Program-made: the position numbers and the translations under genes
The notes under the pieces: model-generated
What the model was told of the DNA's origin: nothing
What the model saw: only the letters and a program-made list of their open reading frames with translations
Databases searched by the model: none
IMG/VR virus record: IMGVR_UViG_3300025011_000026
Length of the DNA stretch: 28,483 nucleotides
Source of the DNA: a virus
Taxonomy: Duplodnaviria > Heunggongvirae > Uroviricota > Caudoviricetes
Reading direction: 5' to 3' (one strand)
Part shown: positions 17,501-25,954 of the stretch, one piece after another
Layout: each line of letters starts with the position of its first letter
Position numbering within the stretch: position 1 is the first letter of the stretch

Positions 17501-20500
17501 AGATTAACTAATTTTGGCCCAGAATTATCACCTAACATAATACTTCCATTAGGGAGAACTATTAATTCTCTTTTACCATTTGCCTCATCATCGACAATTG
17601 CTAGTCCTCCAGGATGATTTTTTGTTCCTTTGGCATAACCCTCTGGTTTTTCTCCCTCTACAGTTTGAACATAAATTGTATGAATTGATGATGTTGGTTG
17701 CTGTAACATTAATATGGATTGTGTTGCAGCAATATCATCAGCATTTATTGTAATAATGGTTTCATACTGTTTACTAATTAATGCTAATAATTTATCATCT
17801 GCAAGTTTTGTATCAGCATCTACAACAATATCTTTCATTTGATCTTGAAGAGTTTGAATACCTTGAGTTGCTTCTGCTGTGATTTCTATCTTTGGAATTG
17901 CTAATACTTCAATTGAAGCTGTTTGAATTGCTTGCATCTTATTATTAAAATCATCTTGGGATATTTCACCAGTATCTAATTTTAATTTAAGAGAATCTTG
18001 AGCATTTTTAGCAACATTAGATAATGTTTGAACTTGATTTTGGATTTGTTGATAATAAGATAATATTTGATCTTTATTTTCAGGAGTGACTTCACCTAAT
18101 GCTGTTATTTTGGATTTTAAGTCAGAGATTGTTGTGTTAGCTAGGGATACTGCATTTGTGAATTCATTGTGAATGAAATCTACAAAAGTTGTAGGTGGTT
18201 TGAAATCATATATATCTTCATTAGGTTTTGGAATTTCTGCGATTGCTTCTTCAACGCTTTTATAGTCAATACGAGGGACAATTTCCATATCAATTTTAGG
18301 AACAGCAGAAGATATTCCACCTTTTGATAATTGTTGTTGTTGATCTACGGCATCGATTTTTGACATGATTTCTTGGAGATTTTGGTCAGTGGATTCGAAT
18401 AGTTTTTCTTGTCTCATTTTATCTACAGATTTAGCATACTCATCTTCTGCTTTCTTGGCATCAGCAGCTAATTTTGCAGATTGAATCATTAACTCATTAA
18501 ACTTTTTCTGACCTTCTAATGTTGTAGGATTACCAAGTTTAGACAATTCTTCTTGAAGCTCTGATATTGTTTCTGCCCATGTTTTTGTTGCAGAGACGTT
18601 TTTCTTTATCCATGATTCGATATCTAGGTTTTGGAAGGAGGATTCTAAGGTGGCTGTTTCTTTCGAAGATAGGAGAGCAGATTGTTCTTCTAGGGATTTG
18701 ATTAAGTCTTCTTTGGATTGTTGTGTAAGGGCATTTTGGGCTTCTATAGTAGTATTAATAGCAGTAGTATTATCCGTCCACGCCTTTTGTAGCTTAGATA
18801 ATTTATCAAAAGTTGCAGACATTTGTTTTTGTGTTTTAACTGAACTAGCATTCCATTGTTCTTGATAATAAAGGGTTGCTTCGCCATTGGGATCTATCCA
18901 TTGAGAAGTATTTTGAAAACCAGACTGAGTTGAAACCTTTGCAAATTCTTTTTCAACTTTATCTTTTGCTTCTCCTAATTGTATAATTTGAAGTTTTTGG
19001 TTTTCAATAAGATCATTTGTAATGGAAAGTATTGCATTGTAATCTTTAGCAGATTTTGCAGTTGCTAATTGTTTCTCTAGTAATTTTCCTTGTTCTATTG
19101 TTTGCTTTACTTGAGTTTGGAATGAACGAATTAATGATTCTTCAATATCGACTTGTTCTGCTAGGGAAGAGGTTGGTTCTTTTTTGTCTTTTTCTTTTGA
19201 ACCCATACCAATGCTTGAGAAATCAATACCTGAAGTACCTTTTAACGCTATATTATCCATAGATTTAGCGATTTTACTCATTTGATCTGAATACTCTTTT
19301 AATTTAGAATACTGAGCCTTCATTTCAGGAGTAATAGATTGTTCATTGCCGTTTGCATCTACAACAGTTCTTCCACCATCTAAAGGTTGTGCTACTAATG
19401 CTCCTGCCTTATAATAATTAGCCCAAAGTGATGCTAAATTTTTTATTAATTCTTCGTCTACTTTAGCTTTAGCTTCTGCAAGTGATTTATATTGAGATAA
19501 ATCACCATTATATAATTTAGATAAGGCATCCATTACTTGAGCATTACCTAAAACTTTTGCAGTATAGAATTCTTCACTATCCATTAACATTTGAGCGTAG
19601 GCTTTTCTAGAAACTTCTTGTTCTTCTTGTATTATATTGGTAAGTTCTTCATGTAATCCCTTTTCATCACCAAGCATTGAAAGAAGTTGTTTATGTTTTT
19701 CTGACAACTTTACGATTGTATCAATATTGAATTTTCCATTATCGTCATATTCTTTCAATGCAGATTGCACTTCTGAAATTGTTGATGCTGATTTAGACAT
19801 TGTTTCTTGAAGAGTTTTTAAAGATGATGAAAAATCAGATACTTTTTCTTCTGCTTTTTTTACCTCTGGAAGAGTAAAATCATTATTAAGTTGTTTTATC
19901 AATTCAGTAACGATTGGAATTGGGACACCTAATTTAGTTAATTGTTCTCCAACACCACCTAAAGAATTTTTAAGATAATCCTGAATTTCAACTGTTGATT
20001 TTCCTTCTTCTGACATCGCATTCATGTGAGCAGTAATATCTGAAATAGTTTTTGTTATATTTATGCTTTTTAACGCAATAGTGGTAGATGTAAAATCACT
20101 CATAGAACCCTTGGCTTTAATTACACTTGAAGTTAAATCATTTTGCATACTTTTACTTAATTTATTTGTAGAATCACTTAATTGATCTACTGCGATTGCA
20201 CCAGTTACAAAAGTTGCTGTTTCTGATTGAATAGTTGCTTCTAATATTGCTTTTTGTTTTGCTACTCCATCAATCAAATCTTTATAGTCTTGTATCCCTT
20301 TTTCTCTATTTAAGCTAGGGGTTTCTCCAGAACTCATCTTATCCATATTTATTTTATATGATTCTAGTTTCTTATTCAGTGAATCCATTTCTTTTTGGTT
20401 GTCTTGTAATTTTTTTAAACTATCTGTTCCGGATACATCAAATGTTGTAGCTAAAGACTTTTGTTGAGTTTCTAAAAGTCTTTCTTTTTGCTCTGTCAAT

Positions 20501-22674
20501 TGCTTTATATAAGCAATATCTAGTTCGGCGGCTTGCCCCTCTGCCGTGAATCCAGTAACAGACCCTTCAAAAAGAGAACTTAACTTTGCGGTTGCAGTGG
20601 ATAATTTGTCCTTTTGTTCAGCAGTTTTCAAAGTAACTTTTGATAATTCCTCATAAGTAGATATTAGATTTGGAATTTCCTTTGTTTCTGCTTTTAATTT
20701 ATTTATACTTTGAGTTAAATCATCAACAACTTGTTTTTGTTTTTGGGATGCTGAGTCTATTCTAGAACTAAAAATGTCAAACAAACCAATTGCTGTAGTT
20801 AGAACTACGGCAATAATACCAATCGGGTTCGACAAAAATGCAACCTTTAAACCATTTAGGGCCAACTTTAAACCATTAGTTGCTATTGCAGCATTTACTT
20901 GTGCTGTAGTCCATCCTAATGCTTCTCCTTTAGCAATTATCATATATCTAATATTATCTGCTAATGCAATATTTAGAGTCTTAGTAGATGTAACCCATGC
21001 CATAATAGTAGATGTAATTGCAGTTCCTTTCCATAAGGCAAGAACCGTCACTACAGACATTATTATTGTGGACAGATTTCCAAAAGCATCAATTAAAGTT
21101 GCTGTTGCATCTATTAGCCCCTTAATCACTCCAGAATCTAAAGATGACTGCCAAAAACTTTCCCACGATGCTTTGAGTCTATCTAGTCTGGCAGATGTAG
21201 ATTCTTGGTATATAGCAAATTTTTGTTCAGATGTGCCGGATGCATTAAGGGCATTTTCATAATTTTTTAATGAATCTGCATAATTGTTTAATAATGTTAA
21301 TCCTCTATTTCTTTGAAATGTCCCGAACATCGTAGTTGTAATATATGCCTTTTCATTCTTGGATAATGTGTCAAATCTAGCCCCTACCATATCCATCACA
21401 TTTGCAAAATCTAATAACTGGCCTTGTGAATCAGTTGCTTTTATGCCAATATCTGATAAAGACTCTACAACATCATTTAATTTTGTAGAGTCTTCAGAAT
21501 TAAATCCTGTACTTTTTATGGATTCATAACGGCTAATCGCGGAGTTTAAACTTCGTCCAATAGTTGACGCTGACTCTCTGGTTATACTGGAAATTGTTGC
21601 CAGCCACGATGCACTTTTTTCGAGAGAAATATTGCTACTCTCACTGGCTGATGCCACCCTCTGAAGGGCTTCTCCGATCTCATCTGCCCCTGAAGCCGTG
21701 GTATCTCCTAATAGTGCGAAAATATCAATAATTTTATTAACACTTTCTCCAGTAGCATTTGCAGTCGCTGTGATAATCGTATTGCTTTCTTTTAATGAAA
21801 TTGAACTGATTTTTGCATATTGAATTATAGACTTCATTCTATCTTCAACATCAGAATCAGATAAGCCCTGCCTATATAAATCAGCAGATGTTGATGCTAT
21901 TTCTCTTGTAGAAACAGACATTTCTTTACCAAGTTTATTATATGTTTGTGCCAATTTTTCTACTTCAACCTGAGTTTTCCCTGTTACTATACGAACTTGA
22001 TTAAGGGCATTGTCAAGTTCTGAAATATATGAAATTCCATTTTTTAGCTGATTTAGACTTCCGTAGACAAGATTCGTACTTATTCCCCAAATTGCGATCT
22101 TTTTAGCGGCTAAAGTGAGCATTTGACTAAAAGCATATCCATCTCTATTCGAGTTTCTAAATTCACCAGAAACCTGTGCAACCCTAGTTCTGAGAGTATC
22201 TAACTGCAAACCATATTGTCTAGCAGAAATTTCTCCTCTTCTAAATGCATTTTCCATGTCTCTTAATCTTGCTACTTCTGAACTAACTCTTGTATCTGAA
22301 AAAACTTTATCTTTATTTATTTTTAATCGATCAAGAGAATTATTAATTCTTTTTACCTGATTTTCAATATCTTGTGCATTTAATATATTAGAACCGCTAT
22401 TTCTATTAGCATTTGTAAGTCTACTCATATTTGTTTGGATTGTTCTTTGTGCATTAGAAATACTAGCGTTATCAACCGTTACTTTTAAATTTATTTTTAC
22501 AGACTTTGATAGTTTTTCAATATCTTGTTTAAACTTAGCAATCGATTGTTGAGATAAGTCTAATGTAGATTTCAAATTTATTCTAAGATTTTTTAGTTGT
22601 TGGTCTATTTTTGCTTGAGATAAATCTGAAATATCTAATTTTCCTTTAATTAATATTGATAATTTATTATCCAT
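14566..22674 (-). CDS. Tail tape measure protein (TP901-type N-terminal domain), 2702 aa
   Basis: ELDNALNQVRIVTGKT...YNKLGKEMSVSTREIA...ADEIGEALQRVAS...TGRSL is the TP901 core, followed by long A/L/K/E-rich helical regions. RBS AGGAGG. Confidence 0.95.
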   Translation of the reverse strand: MDNKLSILIKGKLDISDLSQAKIDQQLKNLRINLKSTLDLSQQSIAKFKQDIEKLSKSVKINLKVTVDNASISNAQRTIQTNMSRLTNANRNSGSNILNAQDIENQVKRINNSLDRLKINKDKVFSDTRVSSEVARLRDMENAFRRGEISARQYGLQLDTLRTRVAQVSGEFRNSNRDGYAFSQMLTLAAKKIAIWGISTNLVYGSLNQLKNGISYISELDNALNQVRIVTGKTQVEVEKLAQTYNKLGKEMSVSTREIASTSADLYRQGLSDSDVEDRMKSIIQYAKISSISLKESNTIITATANATGESVNKIIDIFALLGDTTASGADEIGEALQRVASASESSNISLEKSASWLATISSITRESASTIGRSLNSAISRYESIKSTGFNSEDSTKLNDVVESLSDIGIKATDSQGQLLDFANVMDMVGARFDTLSKNEKAYITTTMFGTFQRNRGLTLLNNYADSLKNYENALNASGTSEQKFAIYQESTSARLDRLKASWESFWQSSLDSGVIKGLIDATATLIDAFGNLSTIIMSVVTVLALWKGTAITSTIMAWVTSTKTLNIALADNIRYMIIAKGEALGWTTAQVNAAIATNGLKLALNGLKVAFLSNPIGIIAVVLTTAIGLFDIFSSRIDSASQKQKQVVDDLTQSINKLKAETKEIPNLISTYEELSKVTLKTAEQKDKLSTATAKLSSLFEGSVTGFTAEGQAAELDIAYIKQLTEQKERLLETQQKSLATTFDVSGTDSLKKLQDNQKEMDSLNKKLESYKINMDKMSSGETPSLNREKGIQDYKDLIDGVAKQKAILEATIQSETATFVTGAIAVDQLSDSTNKLSKSMQNDLTSSVIKAKGSMSDFTSTTIALKSINITKTISDITAHMNAMSEEGKSTVEIQDYLKNSLGGVGEQLTKLGVPIPIVTELIKQLNNDFTLPEVKKAEEKVSDFSSSLKTLQETMSKSASTISEVQSALKEYDDNGKFNIDTIVKLSEKHKQLLSMLGDEKGLHEELTNIIQEEQEVSRKAYAQMLMDSEEFYTAKVLGNAQVMDALSKLYNGDLSQYKSLAEAKAKVDEELIKNLASLWANYYKAGALVAQPLDGGRTVVDANGNEQSITPEMKAQYSKLKEYSDQMSKIAKSMDNIALKGTSGIDFSSIGMGSKEKDKKEPTSSLAEQVDIEESLIRSFQTQVKQTIEQGKLLEKQLATAKSAKDYNAILSITNDLIENQKLQIIQLGEAKDKVEKEFAKVSTQSGFQNTSQWIDPNGEATLYYQEQWNASSVKTQKQMSATFDKLSKLQKAWTDNTTAINTTIEAQNALTQQSKEDLIKSLEEQSALLSSKETATLESSFQNLDIESWIKKNVSATKTWAETISELQEELSKLGNPTTLEGQKKFNELMIQSAKLAADAKKAEDEYAKSVDKMRQEKLFESTDQNLQEIMSKIDAVDQQQQLSKGGISSAVPKIDMEIVPRIDYKSVEEAIAEIPKPNEDIYDFKPPTTFVDFIHNEFTNAVSLANTTISDLKSKITALGEVTPENKDQILSYYQQIQNQVQTLSNVAKNAQDSLKLKLDTGEISQDDFNNKMQAIQTASIEVLAIPKIEITAEATQGIQTLQDQMKDIVVDADTKLADDKLLALISKQYETIITINADDIAATQSILMLQQPTSSIHTIYVQTVEGEKPEGYAKGTKNHPGGLAIVDDEANGKRELIVLPNGSIMLGDNSGPKLVNLPKGTQVIPNDETERILKSNNGKIPAYADGTGSHITDIDFLNDSLDEFAQSISDVSKEIAKTTKIVAKDNTAVEKSDKKIAGYEKTLSKYLNEDGTYKDKYVGSRSAERAVDRTQKNIEKETTKNEQLVTKAESDQAILDGQKASKTDFTQKLIATQKALANLNSAQYIEQKINLYQEAITVASANIDELYDSIKKYKNEDSEGNITYDDNEQTREVLGKIKSNFEAQKSAQLSIKQLVKERFEAEYEGFDKAQAKAEAQVSYLQKTLEYQKLIGASIEEQLATEQAIQEENQTKVDSLQAEKTQLEADLAEAEASVKADLAKVDPNYTETDLANALANSQEFNQASDKLSDVNSDLIDANIAIKQTANEIANIKFDNLVKPFKDAISDLQVLLQLLDETDFAGSIANIEAQMAQEASIIASIKQQIAETLADTSLTAGEKATKVSDLTTQLNEAELAMKGLINSEKEFQNKQLAKTFEDQYEAIEKTLFNGSTEQEARDALNQRIALQEKYLSGAEKDLEVSKIRAQIQSEGLTLTAEQNALLNSQGDIEKSSIERLQKQLDIQQLQLKVKNLMDQKTIQQMTQNADGTWDFTYVADQEAIASAQEELANSQVDLINWEQDEINKADQEKLDEKSKYLARVKTIMDRALNGEYASFEDFQRDMTNLNREYMGDMNLINSTEWNNIFASTQSNLDNIESAYSIYVTNMEALAVRAQQALQEILIAQTAEAKAKEEAANAQAASQASAQSAQENRANSSYESQTAEMNANNANGSVPTVNVNKVWNVGYSSAQSGTPDVKVTDSQGNVVPVTVTQTNGSNFAVTPVNSYQEGQTYTIVAGGTVQEFKASKTGSYKDGGVVDYSGNSIVHGSPSSSEVYFNSGQAKKLYELVKGLPEGLDITKIMNNSVLAVRNMSDVFRPMDIMKNISGVLKQSSQTVQQNFNIDNISFPNVLDASGIEDAFKSLPLLAAQKAKVQYGQ

Positions 22675-22699
22675 ATTATTTCCTCCTATTTTAATTTAA

Positions 22700-22725
22700 T
22701 AAAAAGAGGAAACAATATTTCCTCT
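22700..22725 (-). terminator. Terminator-like hairpin immediately upstream of the TMP RBS
   Basis: Minus strand AGAGGAAA-tattg-TTTCCTCT-TTTTATT. Confidence 0.55.
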
Positions 22726-22754
22726 GAATTTTCTATAATATTTTAGTAATTCAA

Positions 22755-22783
22755 TTGATATATTTGGCACAGTCACATATAAT
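22755..22783 (+). promoter_or_regulatory. SigA-type promoter of the plus-strand moron
   Basis: TTGATA (22755-22760), 17-nt spacer, TATAAT (22778-22783); RBS AAGAAGGTG at 22793-22801. Confidence 0.8.
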
Positions 22784-22809
22784 AGTAATAAAAAGAAGGT
22801 GTTAGGTAT

Positions 22810-23376
22810 ATGATAGGAAACATATTTATTGGTCTGGTTGCTATAGTGGTTGTTGGAATAATAATTATTATAATATTTGGGAGAGAAGATCCTATAGAAT
22901 TTCAAAAGAGAGTAAAATATTATGAAGATTTAGAAAAGAATGATGGTACTATATCATCAATATTTCTTATTCATCTAAGTGGACATCCGTATTTACAAAC
23001 AAACGATGTAATAACGCTTCAAATACGAAGCAAAGATAATACAATTTATTTCGAGAATAAAAATATTAATCAAAAAACTCATATAAAAACAAATTTCACA
23101 GGAAACGAAGTTTTAATATCGCAATTGACTAGATATGAAGTTAAAACCGAAACAGAAATAAGCAAAGATGTTACTCTTACAAGATTAGTCGCGCTTGGAA
23201 TTTTTGCATTTGCAGTTAAGAAAAAGACTGAAACAAATACTCAATATTTAATCATAGCTTATATAGATAATGACGTAGAAGTAACTTGTGTGTTTAAACA
23301 AGCTCAAATCGGAAAGGAACTAGGAAATATTGTTGGTGATATAAACCGAATTAAGATTGAATCAAATGCAATATAG
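22810..23376 (+). CDS. Single-pass membrane protein (moron; candidate superinfection exclusion factor)
   Basis: N-terminal hydrophobic helix IFIGLVAIVVVGIIIIIIF and a second hydrophobic patch LVALGIFAFAV. The only real plus-strand gene, with its own promoter and terminator. Confidence 0.8.
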   Translation: MIGNIFIGLVAIVVVGIIIIIIFGREDPIEFQKRVKYYEDLEKNDGTISSIFLIHLSGHPYLQTNDVITLQIRSKDNTIYFENKNINQKTHIKTNFTGNEVLISQLTRYEVKTETEISKDVTLTRLVALGIFAFAVKKKTETNTQYLIIAYIDNDVEVTCVFKQAQIGKELGNIVGDINRIKIESNAI

Positions 23377-23378
23377 TA

Positions 23379-23411
23379 AAAAGTGTGTTAGTTAATTACT
23401 AACACACTTTT
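23379..23411. terminator. Bidirectional terminator between convergent genes
   Basis: Perfect 14-bp inverted repeat AAAAGTGTGTTAGT-taatt-ACTAACACACTTTT. Confidence 0.85.
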
Positions 23412-23420
23412 CCATTATAC

Positions 23421-23843
23421 TTATTGTGTTTTAAATCCACGTTTTTCTAATGAATTTTTAAGAAATAATTTACCCCATCCATTTCTCAAATCAAGGAATG
23501 TGTTTTCAATAAATGGCCTTTTGCCGATAATTTCATCTAAATTCCTTATGTATCCCCATTTATAATGACCTCCGTTTTCAATTATATTTGGAACATCTTC
23601 TTCTTCATCGCCCTTTCTAATATTGGTTAATTTAAGAGTGTCACTTGATACCATAGAACTTTTGCAACTATTAATTAATTCCCAAGTCCTCTCGTAATCT
23701 GAAGGTCTGTATTGATCGTAAACATCATCTTGAACATGTTCTCTCATTAAATCTCTGCCATCTGAAGCAACATCTGTTTTTAAACTTTCTGATATCTGTT
23801 TAAGCAAATATTTTTCTAATTCCGATACTGTTTTAAATTCCAT
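23421..23843 (-). CDS. Tail completion/HK97 gp10-like protein
   Basis: VQDDVYDQY.P..YERT..L...IIE.G..Y......RPFIENTF..L is a typical gp10-like signature; lies upstream of TMP. Confidence 0.6.
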   Translation of the reverse strand: MEFKTVSELEKYLLKQISESLKTDVASDGRDLMREHVQDDVYDQYRPSDYERTWELINSCKSSMVSSDTLKLTNIRKGDEEEDVPNIIENGGHYKWGYIRNLDEIIGKRPFIENTFLDLRNGWGKLFLKNSLEKRGFKTQ

Positions 23844-23877
23844 CTTAAAATAACCACTCCTAATGAATTATTTTTTA

Positions 23878-24420
23878 TTATTTGTCTGCTCCTTTATCCC
23901 ACGCCATAACTTCTTTAACCATTTTCAACTTACTAGGATCAAGTTTATCAAATTGTTTAGAAATATTGTTGATAAACTTTGTCATTCCTTTATTATCTGG
24001 AATTTTTGCAAGTAACTTATTTAGTCCTTGAGATACAACTCCTTGAATAGAATTATCTACTTTATACATTTCCTCAATTTCTTCATTTACACAATCTACA
24101 ATAAATGCAATTTCGCCAGGAACGGCATTATTTAAAACATATGTAATAATGCCAGATTCTTTAAGTGAGTCGTATGTCGCTAGGGAATCTTCATCTGACA
24201 TATCTATGTTACTTATTTGGTTACAAATAGAGAACTCAATAGCCATTCTTTTCATAGCAGAATCTACTCTCTTGAAACCATCTTCTTCAATTGAAATACA
24301 AGTTAATAAAACATTATTAATTATATTTTGTTTTACTAAAAAAGGTATATATTTATTGATGATTATATTTGAATTGTCGCTTGCAATTTCTGATATTTTA
24401 ATTAATAATTGTTCTTCCAT
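23878..24420 (-). CDS. Probable tail assembly chaperone/virion morphogenesis protein
   Basis: Acidic and helical; IINKYIPF..KQ.IIN.VL..C...YDSL.ESG pattern; positioned upstream of TMP. Confidence 0.5.
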   Translation of the reverse strand: MEEQLLIKISEIASDNSNIIINKYIPFLVKQNIINNVLLTCISIEEDGFKRVDSAMKRMAIEFSICNQISNIDMSDEDSLATYDSLKESGIITYVLNNAVPGEIAFIVDCVNEEIEEMYKVDNSIQGVVSQGLNKLLAKIPDNKGMTKFINNISKQFDKLDPSKLKMVKEVMAWDKGADK

Positions 24421-24455
24421 TTTTATTTCCTTCTTTCAGTTATTAGTTATTAAAA

Positions 24456-25607
24456 TTAAATATTTATCTTTAATTCAATACCATGTTCTCTAAACTTGTT
24501 TAATAACCCTTTTAATCCTTTTGTCATATCTTTTGGATAAAGCTCCAATAATAATAAACCATTGTCTGAACATATTATTTGTTTTTCTTGCATTCTCTTT
24601 TTATAAAATTCTCTCCTTTCCATTCCAAAATACTCTACAATTATATCGTTTGATAAAAACCAATCGCATCTTTTATATCCACATCTAATATCATTTGTAA
24701 AGGTTGAATAATAAACTTCTTTTTCATATGGCAATTTATTGTCTATAAACAAGTTTGTAATTATTAATTCTGGTTGAGAAAGACACAAATCATTATTTTT
24801 TGATCTATATGTCTTAGAAGAATACATATTGCCATCATAATTAGGCTCTAACCCTGCTAATTGACACGCATTAATATATCCATCAAAACAACGTCTATAT
24901 GTATGATAATGTGCCATATCTTTGTTTTCGTTTATTTCATGTGAAAGAGGCGTTCTTCCTAAAACTTGTGCAAATTCTTTTAAATCGTCTATTAATTTTT
25001 GGTTATCGTATCTAATGTATAAATGTTCCTCAGCATCTTTATTCAAACCTAAATTCTGTCCTTGTGCCATAATCGAACCGGAAGTTCTATTGAATATCTT
25101 GCTTAATTCTTCATTTGTTTTTAATGCATATAAACTTTTAAGCTTTATTGAATCTTCATCACTCCATTTTTCACGACTAACCAACCCTATTCGATTAGCC
25201 TTAGTTACAACAGAAGACTCTGTCCTTCCTGGTAAGTATTTAATAAGTTCTTTTGTCGGTATTAATTCATAATATTTACACAACATATATATTTCATATT
25301 CCGTATATTCATTAAAAACTAACCGCTCTATTTTTAAATTACAAGCATAATGAGAAATTGTATCTTTTGGGAAAGGTGATAATTTTTCCAATAAAATATC
25401 CCAAGATGCAGTTGGATAATATTTATATAATAATTCTGTATGTTTATCTGTCCACTTGTTTTTCTTTTTAGGAATATTATTTTTCCTCAATATGTAATAT
25501 ATATAATTTACATCATTTAATTGATACTTTTCAGCTATTTCCTTTAACGGAATATCATTTATATAATCCCTTATTACTCCGTCATAATCTTTCTTTTTAC
25601 TTGCCAT
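24456..25607 (-). CDS. Free-standing putative homing endonuclease: HTH, Myb/SANT-like repeats, homing-endonuclease-associated repeat and PD-(D/E)xK nuclease
   Basis: KWT.KHTELL..YY and KWSDEDS.KL..LY...GRT.SS..TKA.RIGL repeats; L.DDL.EFA..LGRTP...E.....Y.TY.RCF..Y..AC..AGL; C-terminal RCDWFL...IIVEYFG...K...C...LLELYP. Confidence 0.75.
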   Translation of the reverse strand: MASKKKDYDGVIRDYINDIPLKEIAEKYQLNDVNYIYYILRKNNIPKKKNKWTDKHTELLYKYYPTASWDILLEKLSPFPKDTISHYACNLKIERLVFNEYTEYEIYMLCKYYELIPTKELIKYLPGRTESSVVTKANRIGLVSREKWSDEDSIKLKSLYALKTNEELSKIFNRTSGSIMAQGQNLGLNKDAEEHLYIRYDNQKLIDDLKEFAQVLGRTPLSHEINENKDMAHYHTYRRCFDGYINACQLAGLEPNYDGNMYSSKTYRSKNNDLCLSQPELIITNLFIDNKLPYEKEVYYSTFTNDIRCGYKRCDWFLSNDIIVEYFGMERREFYKKRMQEKQIICSDNGLLLLELYPKDMTKGLKGLLNKFREHGIELKINI

Positions 25608-25676
25608 TTACATTCCTCCAACTTTCTATTTTTTATTTATTACTAATGATACATCCACGAATCCTCCAACAAATAC

Positions 25677-25703
25677 AAAAAAAGAGAGTAGTTTCCCACC
25701 CTC
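25677..25703 (-). terminator. Terminator-like hairpin with GAAA tetraloop in the endonuclease leader
   Basis: Minus strand GAGGGTGG-GAAA-CTACTCTC-TTTTTTT, with G.U pairs only on the minus strand. Confidence 0.65.
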
Positions 25704-25712
25704 CCCAAAACA

Positions 25713-25778
25713 AAAAAGTGACGTTGGAGGCAATCACTTCCCATATAAAATAGCAAACTAAGCGTCCAAAGTCTGCTA
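25713..25778 (-). promoter_or_regulatory. Two tandem hairpins with 12-nt loops; the second loop is complementary to the downstream RBS
   Basis: P1 TAGCAGAC-tttggacgctta-GTTTGCTA; P2 GGGAAGTGA-ttgcctccaacg-TCACTTTTT. GTTGGAGG occurs at 25663-25670 and 25615-25622 on the minus strand. Confidence 0.5.
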
Positions 25779-25810
25779 AAATTATCAATATTAAATTAAC
25801 CAACTAATAC

Positions 25811-25837
25811 AAAAAGAACCTGCATTTCTACAGATTT
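25811..25837 (-). terminator. Terminator-like hairpin
   Basis: Minus strand AAATCTGTA-GAAA-TGCAGGTTC-TTTTT. Confidence 0.5.
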
Positions 25838-25886
25838 AAATAATGACATATTATATTTATTACTTATACAAAACTTAACACAACAT

Positions 25887-25913
25887 AAAAAGACCCCTGT
25901 AACACAGAGGTCT
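25887..25913 (-). terminator. Intrinsic terminator of the Ig-like protein gene
   Basis: Minus strand AGACCTCTGT-gtt-ACAGGGGTCT-TTTT, about 40 nt after the stop. Confidence 0.75.
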
Positions 25914-25954
25914 AATTGTAATCCAAATCAAAAATACAATACTCTCAATAAATT

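Noticed and set aside
16202-21262. Plus-strand ORFs inside TMP (16202, 16536, 17136, 18650, 19056, 20774) and the minus-strand alternate frame at 15204
   Set aside because: Antisense or alternate-frame shadows of a long AT-rich gene, with no RBS and non-protein-like composition.
23843-24420. Programmed -1 frameshift (G/GT-type) in the tail chaperone
   Set aside because: No slippery heptamer near the 3' end, and the next ORF has its own RBS and ATG.
25608-25613. ATG-TAA start-stop immediately before the endonuclease ATG
   Set aside because: Only 1 nt from GGAGG, too close for initiation; probably incidental.
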